DNA of 64,000 bases from an uncultured Methanosarcinales archaeon. GTDB lineage: Archaea > Nanobdellota > Nanobdellia > Woesearchaeales > GW2011-AR9. A program made the position numbers and the translations under genes. The stretch lies in NCBI GenBank assembly GCA_964498285.1, contig CAZCGN010000001.1, forward strand, positions 175,916 to 239,915, given 5' to 3'. The notes beneath the pieces were generated by a model. It saw nothing but the letters and a program-made list of their open reading frames with translations. It was not told the DNA's origin and ran no database searches. Positions 56,866 through 64,000 of this stretch are shown here, one piece after another. Within the stretch, counting starts at the first letter, position 1. Every line of letters begins with the position of its first letter.

Positions 56866-58321
56866 AAAGAAAATAACCGTAAGCAAGGAATCAGCAAGCG
56901 CAGGTGTTGTATACCTCATCTTTTCACAACTCTCGCTTATTCTCTCAAACTATGGAATTCATATTGGTCTTGCCCACTTTGTGGGTGAAGCAACCTATGG
57001 TCTCTTTGGTGTTCTGATGTCTCTTTATCTTATCAACAGAGCACTTTTGAATACTGGACTTCCACGAGCAGTCTCGAAATTTGTAGCTGAGGGGAGATAC
57101 AGGTTTGAAGAAGTATTCTACACTTCACGAAAACTCCAGTATGCTCTAAGTTTCCTTTTTGCAGGAGCATACATTCTCTTTGCAAAACAAATTGCTTCCT
57201 TACTAAAAGATCCCACACTTACACCATACATAGTATACCTTGGATTTATAGTAATACCTCTCTCATTACTCGCGCTCTATAGCAGTGGATTTCTCAATGG
57301 TCTTAGACTATTCCGTAAGCAAGCAATTGTAAAGATTATATATCCCTTACTTCGCGTTTTGTTCACGCTTATATTTGTTCTGCTGGGGTTTAATTTGTAT
57401 GGTGTGCTTACTGGATATCTTTGTGGGATAGTCGGAGGCCTTTTTCTTGCCAAATTGTTCCTTCCACTCAGAAAAGTTGAAAAACCAAAAAAAAACGTGT
57501 TTACATCCTCAAAAGTGCTCAGCTTTTCTCTCTATATATCAGCAGCCTCACTTATTCTAACACTTCTTCGAAATGTGAATGTACTTTTTATCAAATCTAT
57601 GCTTGAAGATAATATTGCAACCGCCCTTTTTACAGCAGCTTCCACTATCGCAAATGTGCCACTAGTGGTATTTGGAGCTCTTCCCTTCGTGCTTCTCCCA
57701 TCCATTTCCAAAAGTATTGCAAAAAAAAACGTTGCAGCAACCAAAAAGTATATTCAAGAATCCCTTCGTTATCTCTTACTTTTATTACTTCCAATTGTTG
57801 TGCTCATTACAGCTACAGCACCTGAAATCCTTACTCTTCTCTACCCTTCAACTTATATTGCTGCTGCTTCTACTTTGAGTATTTTAGCTATCGCATCAAT
57901 TTTTTTAGCATTTTTAACAACTCTTTCATCAATCCTTGTTGGTGCAGGTAAAGCAAAAGAGCAGCTAATGTTTGTTGGTGTTGGCTTAATCATATTGGTA
58001 GGGGCAAACTTCTTTCTTGTTCCACTCTATGGAATTATTGGTGCTGCCCTCTCCTTACTTATCTCATCTTTTATTGCTGTAAGTCTTGCATATCTGTATA
58101 TTTACAAAAAATTTGGAGCAACTATATCGCTTCTTTCTACTGTGCGGATCTTTACCGCATGTGCAGGCATATTCTTCATCGTGTGGAATTGGCATAACTC
58201 AGGCTTCCAGTTAATTTTAGAATATGCTCTTTTAGGAGGCCTATACTTTCTTCTCCTCTTTTTTCTCAAAGAGATTGGAATTACAGAGTGGAAGCTGGTT
58301 AAAAAAGTTGTCAAAAGATGA
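56858..58321 (+). CDS. MOP-superfamily polysaccharide/oligosaccharide flippase (Wzx/MATE-like)
   Basis: 487 aa with about 14 TM helices, polysaccharide-biosynthesis-protein-like topology. Overlaps the previous gene. Confidence 0.65.
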   Translation: MAKKKITVSKESASAGVVYLIFSQLSLILSNYGIHIGLAHFVGEATYGLFGVLMSLYLINRALLNTGLPRAVSKFVAEGRYRFEEVFYTSRKLQYALSFLFAGAYILFAKQIASLLKDPTLTPYIVYLGFIVIPLSLLALYSSGFLNGLRLFRKQAIVKIIYPLLRVLFTLIFVLLGFNLYGVLTGYLCGIVGGLFLAKLFLPLRKVEKPKKNVFTSSKVLSFSLYISAASLILTLLRNVNVLFIKSMLEDNIATALFTAASTIANVPLVVFGALPFVLLPSISKSIAKKNVAATKKYIQESLRYLLLLLLPIVVLITATAPEILTLLYPSTYIAAASTLSILAIASIFLAFLTTLSSILVGAGKAKEQLMFVGVGLIILVGANFFLVPLYGIIGAALSLLISSFIAVSLAYLYIYKKFGATISLLSTVRIFTACAGIFFIVWNWHNSGFQLILEYALLGGLYFLLLFFLKEIGITEWKLVKKVVKR

Positions 58322-58368
58322 AAATTTTTGCATAACTCTTTTAAACCACTTTTAAGGAACAAAAAAAC

Positions 58369-59295
58369 GTGGCACGTGCAAGCAACATTGATTTTCTTAT
58401 CCCATTTGTCGTAGATCCAGCAATTTTAGACTGGGATGAAGCTAGATCATCTGGAACAGATCTTACAAGACGAGTGATTGATCTTTTTGGGCAAATTCAA
58501 GATGATCCTTCTGCTATTGGACCAAAGACACTTCGAAAAAAAGTTAGAGATCTTGTATTCCATGATGAATCACAAATAGGACGCAAGCTTCAACGTTTAA
58601 CTCATTTCTTTCATGTTGGTTCCATTAACAGACAACTCACAACAGCTCTTAGTGCACTGCACCCGGAACTTGATCTTCCAACACCACAAGCAGCGTATAC
58701 TTCTGGAGTTGTGCATGATATCAGTACTGTTTATTGTAGACGAGGTGGGAAATTCCTGGGTTTTGAAAAAGAACTTCCTCTTCTTCACCATGCAAGACAT
58801 TTGGGAGTTCCTGATCTTGCAGATGCAGCTGTACACAATGCATATCCTGATGTTTTGAATATGATCAGAGATAGAGAAGGCTTTGCACAAGCAGAGATGT
58901 ATGCTGCATGGCAAGAAGCATTGCAGGAAGAAGGTGGTTTGCATAATTATGACAGAATCATGCTCGAATATGCTGATCTTCTAGAAGGAAAGGGGAAGGC
59001 AGGTTTGATTACGCTTACTCTTGCAGATTGTCTTGATGTTACATCGGGTGGTAAAACCATAATTGATCTTGATGATCTTCAAACACCATTTGAAATCAGA
59101 CTAGGAGACATTCAAAGAAGAAACTATGATGCAAAAATAGAAGCAGGAGATACACCCACTCCTCATGGAATTGCCCTTGCAGAAAGAGGTGGACGAGAGA
59201 GAATTGAAGGGTACCTTGCTATGGTTGATGATTTATTACATGGGCGAAACCTTGAGCTCTATAACAAAGATGTGCACCCTGGTTTGTGGAAGTAG
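58369..59295 (+). CDS. Hypothetical protein, possibly HD-domain-like; GC-richer than surroundings
   Basis: His/Asp clusters (THFFHVG, VVHDIS, LLHHARHLG) hint at an HD-type metal site. Confidence 0.25.
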   Translation: MARASNIDFLIPFVVDPAILDWDEARSSGTDLTRRVIDLFGQIQDDPSAIGPKTLRKKVRDLVFHDESQIGRKLQRLTHFFHVGSINRQLTTALSALHPELDLPTPQAAYTSGVVHDISTVYCRRGGKFLGFEKELPLLHHARHLGVPDLADAAVHNAYPDVLNMIRDREGFAQAEMYAAWQEALQEEGGLHNYDRIMLEYADLLEGKGKAGLITLTLADCLDVTSGGKTIIDLDDLQTPFEIRLGDIQRRNYDAKIEAGDTPTPHGIALAERGGRERIEGYLAMVDDLLHGRNLELYNKDVHPGLWK

Positions 59296-59384
59296 TTTTT
59301 TCTTCTCTAAATTCCATATCTGAAAATAGGTCAAGATCATAATTTCTGAAAGTTTATAAACGGGAAAACTGGCGCAAATGGTTA

Positions 59385-60749
59385 ATGGATGAACAAAAAA
59401 TGTTTGGCACAGCGCCGAATCACACAAACCAAGAGGTACCTAAGATGAAAACTGTATACGTTCCAATGGCAGCAGACTTGCTGCATGATGGTCACATGAA
59501 TATTCTTAACATTGCAGAAAAACTAGGCGAAGTTACTGTTGGCCTTTTAACTGACAGTGCAATTGCTAACTACAAACGCCTTCCAGTATTAAGCTTTGAA
59601 CAACGTAAAAAAGTAATTCGGAACATTAAAGGTGTGAGTAGAGTATATGCACAAGAAGACGATGATTATATTCAAGCAATCAAGGAATTAAAACCAGACT
59701 ATTTTGTACATGGAGATGATTGGAAAACAGGTGTGCAGGCAAACAAGCGAAAACGAGTACTTGAAACTATGCAAGAATGGGGCGGACAAGTTATAGAACC
59801 GTCATATACACGTGGCATTTCCACAACACAAATGGTCTCAAAAGTTAAAAATCGTGGGATCACACCACACATGAGGCGAAACATGCTTCGTAGACTTTTG
59901 GATGCAAAAAGAATTGTTCGAATTCTTGAAGCTCATAATGGTTTAACTGGCCTTATTGTTGAAAAAACAGCAGTCCAAGTTGAGGATTCAACGAGGACAT
60001 TTGATGGGATGTGGCTTAGTAGCTTAACCCACTCAACCTCAAAGGGAAAACCAGATATTGAATATGTCGATATTACTGCAACAGGACACACGTTAAGCGA
60101 GATTTTTAGTGTAACAACAAAACCAATGATTGTTGATGCCGACACTGGCGGCTTGGTAGAACATTTCAGGTTTACTGTACGGGCCCTTGAAAGTTTAGGA
60201 GTTTCAGCTGCAATCATTGAAGATAAAGTTGGACCTAAACGTAACTCTCTTTTTGGAACAGATGTGAAACAGACACAGGATACTATTGAGAACTTTTCTC
60301 GTAAAATCTCTGAGGGGAAAAAAGCGCAACTCTCCAATGATTTTATGATCATTGCACGCATTGAAAGTCTTATTCTCAAGCAAGGTCTTGAGGATGCTCT
60401 TAGACGAGCAAAAGCATATATTGAGGCTGGTGCAGATGCTATTATGATTCATAGTAAAGTAGAATCACCAAATGAAATCTTAGAGTTCTGTGAAGAATTT
60501 AAACAGTTTGAAACAAAAGTTCCGCTCATTGCCGTCCCAAGTTCATACTCAACTATTACTGAAAAAGAGCTTATTAAAGCTGGTGTGAACATTGTAATCT
60601 ATGCAAACCATCTTCTGCGCAGTGCGTATCCTGCCATGGTTAAAACTGCTGAATCCATCTTACAGAACGAAAGATGCCACGAGGCAAGTGGTGCCCACTG
60701 TATGCCAATTAAACAAATTCTTACTTTGATTCCTAATGGTGAAGATTAA
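59385..60749 (+). CDS. Bifunctional cytidylyltransferase / phosphoenolpyruvate phosphomutase (Fom1-like architecture)
   Basis: N-terminal MAADLLHDGHMNIL (HxGH cytidylyltransferase motif). C-terminal PEP mutase/ICL superfamily domain with AAIIEDKVGPKRNSLFG (EDK..K.NS motif) and GADAIMIHS. Confidence 0.75.
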   Translation: MDEQKMFGTAPNHTNQEVPKMKTVYVPMAADLLHDGHMNILNIAEKLGEVTVGLLTDSAIANYKRLPVLSFEQRKKVIRNIKGVSRVYAQEDDDYIQAIKELKPDYFVHGDDWKTGVQANKRKRVLETMQEWGGQVIEPSYTRGISTTQMVSKVKNRGITPHMRRNMLRRLLDAKRIVRILEAHNGLTGLIVEKTAVQVEDSTRTFDGMWLSSLTHSTSKGKPDIEYVDITATGHTLSEIFSVTTKPMIVDADTGGLVEHFRFTVRALESLGVSAAIIEDKVGPKRNSLFGTDVKQTQDTIENFSRKISEGKKAQLSNDFMIIARIESLILKQGLEDALRRAKAYIEAGADAIMIHSKVESPNEILEFCEEFKQFETKVPLIAVPSSYSTITEKELIKAGVNIVIYANHLLRSAYPAMVKTAESILQNERCHEASGAHCMPIKQILTLIPNGED

Positions 60750-60859
60750 AGCTATAACAATGGAAGCATACACAAAGTTTAAGTCATTGAAAGGAAACAT
60801 ACAAAAAAGGAGATCGGATTTGATACAGTCCAAGATTATGAAAATAGTATCGAGGTGGA

Positions 60860-61816
60860 ATGATGAAAAATAAAATTGTTGTAGTACTAATACTTCTTTT
60901 ACTTTTTGTTGCCGGATGTGCAAAAGAGACACCTAATGCAAGCGGAATAGACCAAACTCTAATTCAGGTCGGAAAAGATACAGATACTTCTGGATTTGGA
61001 GAAATTAAAAAAATTAAGATGGGGCTGATCCCTGCAGACGATGCTGCTGAAATGCTACAAAATTATGAACCAATAAAGGAATATTTATCTGAAAGTTTAG
61101 GAATTGAAGTTGAAATTCAAGTCACATCAGACTACACTGCAGCAATAGAGGCCATGAGAGCAAAACACATAGATATGGCCTGGTTTGGACCTTTTTCGTA
61201 TATTATTGCTGCAAACATTGCAGATGCTCAAGCAATAGTAAATGGAGTAAAGGCAAGCACAGATAGTGCAACATATAAATCAATTATTGTAACTAACAAA
61301 GACAGTGGAATAGAAACTATCGAAGATTTAAAAGATAAAAGTTTTGCTTTTGTAGACCCTGCCTCAACATCAGGGAATTTAATCCCAAGAAAAATGCTAA
61401 TTGAAAACAATATTGATCCAGAGGAGGACTTTAGTAACAGTTATTATGCAGGAAATCATAATGCAGTGATGTACGCTGTTGCAAATGGGAAAGTAGATGC
61501 AGGTGCAACAGGTGACAATGTATATGATAGAATGATTGAAGCAGGAGAGATAGATCCTGAAGCAAATATTGTTATCTATGAATCAGAGCCAATACCTGGT
61601 TCACCCATTGTAGTTAGAAAAGACCTCCCAGCAAACTTAAAACAAGCTATCCAAGATGCACTGGTGAACATGGATCAACAAACGATTCATAAAGTTGATG
61701 GATGGGGCGGAATAATAAGATATCAAGTTGTAAGGGATAGTGATTATGACGTTATTCGCGATACAGCCAGAATATTGGGGATGGAAGTTGACAGTGCTGA
61801 GGCAGCTTCCACATAA
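60860..61816 (+). CDS. phnD: Phosphonate/phosphite ABC transporter substrate-binding protein (PhnD-like lipoprotein)
   Basis: Lipobox LLLFVAGCAKE. PhnD-like blocks KMGLIPADDAAEM...HIDMAWFGPFSYIIA. Confidence 0.65.
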   Translation: MMKNKIVVVLILLLLFVAGCAKETPNASGIDQTLIQVGKDTDTSGFGEIKKIKMGLIPADDAAEMLQNYEPIKEYLSESLGIEVEIQVTSDYTAAIEAMRAKHIDMAWFGPFSYIIAANIADAQAIVNGVKASTDSATYKSIIVTNKDSGIETIEDLKDKSFAFVDPASTSGNLIPRKMLIENNIDPEEDFSNSYYAGNHNAVMYAVANGKVDAGATGDNVYDRMIEAGEIDPEANIVIYESEPIPGSPIVVRKDLPANLKQAIQDALVNMDQQTIHKVDGWGGIIRYQVVRDSDYDVIRDTARILGMEVDSAEAAST

Positions 61817-61874
61817 ACATTTTTAAAATTTTTATTTTTTATATGTAAAATACGTAGATAAAAGAGAAAACAAA

Positions 61875-62648
61875 ATGTTAAAAATTAAAGAATTATCACA
61901 CAGCTATGCAAATCAAAATGAAAAATCTCTTAATAACATAAATATAACTGTAGATCCTGGAGAGAGTGTTGTGATAATTGGTTCAAGTGGTTCTGGCAAA
62001 TCTACTCTTCTGAAATGTATTAATAGATTAGTAGAACCTTCTGAAGGAAATATCATTATTAATGAAGAAGATATATTAAACTCAAAACATAAAGATGTAG
62101 AACGAATAAGGGGCAAAGTTGCCATGATTTTTCAAAATTTTGGGCTTATTGAAAGATCGACAGTTCTTACAAATGTGCTAAATGGTAGGCTCAGACATAA
62201 TGGTGCAGTTAGTACGATATTTGGTAAATTTTCAAATAAAGACTATGAAATTGCACACAAAAATATTGAATTAGTAGGATTGAATAAATTCATCCACAAA
62301 CGAGTTGCAGATTTGAGTGGGGGTCAAAAACAAAGAGTTGCTATTGCCAGAGCTTTATGTCAAGAGCCCGAGATTATACTTGCTGATGAACCTGTTTCAA
62401 GCCTAGATCCTAAATTGATGAAAGAAATAATGGATCTTTTAACAGAGATTTGCAAATCAAAAAACTTAACATTAATTACTTCTTTACATTTCTTGGATTT
62501 TGCAAAAAAATATGCTACGAGAATAATTGGAATAAAAGAAGGGTCTATTATATTTGATGGGGAGCCAGAGAACTTAACTGAAAAAGATATTGTTGATATT
62601 TATGGTAAAACAAAAGATTGTTTTGATCTTGGGAAAATAGGTTTCTAA
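61875..62648 (+). CDS. phnC: Phosphonate ABC transporter ATP-binding protein (PhnC-like)
   Basis: Walker A GSSGSGKST, signature LSGGQKQRVAIARAL, Walker B ILADEP. Confidence 0.75.
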   Translation: MLKIKELSHSYANQNEKSLNNINITVDPGESVVIIGSSGSGKSTLLKCINRLVEPSEGNIIINEEDILNSKHKDVERIRGKVAMIFQNFGLIERSTVLTNVLNGRLRHNGAVSTIFGKFSNKDYEIAHKNIELVGLNKFIHKRVADLSGGQKQRVAIARALCQEPEIILADEPVSSLDPKLMKEIMDLLTEICKSKNLTLITSLHFLDFAKKYATRIIGIKEGSIIFDGEPENLTEKDIVDIYGKTKDCFDLGKIGF

Positions 62649-62650
62649 TC

Positions 62651-63451
62651 ATGAAAAGAAAACTTAGAATAGAACCCAAGAAAAACCATAAGAGGTTGAT
62701 AATTGGATTAATTATTGTATTAGTATATTTTTGGGCTATTAAGGGCACAGATACCAGTTTAGTTAATTTTTCAAAAGGTGTTCCATCCATGATTGACTTT
62801 ATTGTACGAATGTTTCCACCAGATTTTAGTAATATTCAGTTATATTTATACAAGACAGTTGAAACATTACAAATGGCAATTGTTGGTTCTACAATTGGAG
62901 CAATTATTGCTTTACCACTGTCATTCCTTGCGGCAAGAAATATTAATTCAAACAAGATAATATACCACAGTATTAGAAGCATTTTCGATACCTGTAGGGG
63001 GATAAATGAGATTGTTTGGGGATTAATATTTGTATCAATGGTTGGCCTCGGACCTTTCCCGGGCGTCCTTGCACTGGCAGCACACGTAACTGGAGCTCTT
63101 GGAAGATATTTCTCAGAAGCAATTGAAACGGTAGATACAGAGATTATTAGAGCTATTATGTCAACCGGCGCAAATAAAATACAAATGATTGTCAGAGGGA
63201 TTATACCTCAAGTAAAACCCTTATTCTTAAATTATTTATTATATTATTTAGAGAATAATTTTCGTGCTGCAACAGTTTTGGGTTTAGTTGGAGCAGGAGG
63301 CATAGGTATGGAATTGCTTACCTCCATGAGATTATTTAGGAGTAAAGAAGTGTTAACAATACTCATAATTATGGTGACAACAGTTATTGCCATAGATCGG
63401 CTAAGTGCGTATATACGGAAAAAACTCATCAAAGTTGAATCTATAGAATAA
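62651..63451 (+). CDS. phnE: Phosphonate ABC transporter permease (PhnE-like)
   Basis: 6-TM permease with an EAA-like loop. Start overlaps the phnC stop. Confidence 0.65.
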   Translation: MKRKLRIEPKKNHKRLIIGLIIVLVYFWAIKGTDTSLVNFSKGVPSMIDFIVRMFPPDFSNIQLYLYKTVETLQMAIVGSTIGAIIALPLSFLAARNINSNKIIYHSIRSIFDTCRGINEIVWGLIFVSMVGLGPFPGVLALAAHVTGALGRYFSEAIETVDTEIIRAIMSTGANKIQMIVRGIIPQVKPLFLNYLLYYLENNFRAATVLGLVGAGGIGMELLTSMRLFRSKEVLTILIIMVTTVIAIDRLSAYIRKKLIKVESIE

Positions 63452-63544
63452 GTTTTAATGAACGTTCATGTAATATAAAGATTTTTAAAAATACTAACAT
63501 AAAAACTATGTGTTTCTTGATGCAAGAGTTATACTTGTTAAGAA

Positions 63545-64000
63545 CTATCCTTCAAAAGGAAACGCTTCAGCAGTAATGCGAGGATCTGTTGTTTTTGCAA
63601 CTAATCTTTCATGAATTGAACGTGTTAGCCCAGGTAGTAGAACTCCTTGCCGTTCAGCAAGAACTGTCCATGCAGGACAGAGTGGATCTTCTCTTCTTCG
63701 ACTATAATTATGTGGATCATCATTTGCAACAATAAGACCTGTTTCAACATCAACTGCTGAATATGCTGAGCGAACAGCACAACCGCCGCGACAGAGATCT
63801 TCTGCATTAAGATCACAAACATTTGGCGCGCATACATAGGTTCCAATTCCTTCGGCAAAACGTCCCCTATATGCTGCAAGCTCAGGACTCCGCGCAAGTT
63901 TTGCGAGTGAAAAATCAGGATCATTCACGTTTCCAAAGGTGTATGCAGTGGTCTCTTCTCTTCCCGGTGACTCTGAGCATGCGGTAATATCTCCATTTGC
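63545..64000 (-). CDS. Cys-rich hypothetical protein, N-terminus probably beyond window end
   Basis: The listed ORF ends at 63928 but the frame appears to remain open to nt 64000. Cys-rich YVCAPNVCDLNAEDLCRGGCAV. Confidence 0.25.
   Translation of the reverse strand, partial: ANGDITACSESPGREETTAYTFGNVNDPDFSLAKLARSPELAAYRGRFAEGIGTYVCAPNVCDLNAEDLCRGGCAVRSAYSAVDVETGLIVANDDPHNYSRRREDPLCPAWTVLAERQGVLLPGLTRSIHERLVAKTTDPRITAEAFPFEG

Noticed and set aside
1-64000. CRISPR arrays, IS elements, integrases
   Set aside because: No direct-repeat/spacer periodicity, no transposase or integrase motifs, and no inverted terminal repeats bounding an ORF were seen.

Overview
The window is AT-rich (roughly 35-40% GC) and archaeal in character. 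I read it as archaeal because it carries a family-B DNA polymerase with the YGDTDS motif, a thermosome, ribosomal protein L35Ae, a type-2 methionine aminopeptidase, RNase HII, a Rad50 zinc-hook ATPase, a HerA-like ATPase, a presenilin/SPP homologue and a stand-alone 5S rRNA. It most resembles a small-genome (DPANN-like) archaeon with several bacterial-looking acquisitions. Gene density is high on both strands and I found no CRISPR array or obvious IS element.

The window contains three blocks:

1. Informational/housekeeping genes (1-32 kb): Rad50 (5'-partial), PolB, RNase HII plus an RNase HIII-like paralogue, HerA-like ATPase, L35Ae, thermosome, tRNA-His immediately upstream of hisS, and MetAP2.

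2. Membrane-protein paralogues (21.7-25.3 kb and 32.3-34.4 kb): a cluster of homologous membrane modules fused or adjacent to coiled-coil, proline-repeat and conserved soluble domains, sitting next to the HerA-like ATPase.

3. A ~20-kb envelope-modification/biosynthetic island (44.2-63.5 kb). It combines carrier proteins, AcpS, a tridomain 2-hydroxyacid-dehydrogenase/carrier/adenylation enzyme, an aminotransferase, FabG, a MaoC-type dehydratase, a methyltransferase, two SGNH/DltD-like proteins and an MBOAT (DltB/AlgI-like). It also holds a CDP-alcohol phosphatidyltransferase, a Wzx-like flippase, a Fom1-like cytidylyltransferase-PEP mutase fusion and a PhnCDE phosphonate ABC transporter. I consider this island, a Dlt-like carrier-dependent acylation system possibly linked to phosphonate chemistry, the most likely undescribed system in the window.

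Other notable items are a three-gene split citryl-CoA synthetase/lyase set, a bacterial-type ECF sigma factor, a putative tRNA with several introns (one in the T-loop), tandem HIT proteins with polyacidic tails, and a xylose-isomerase-like TIM barrel with a very large insertion.

All calls rest on motif-level reading of the supplied translations. No database searches were run.
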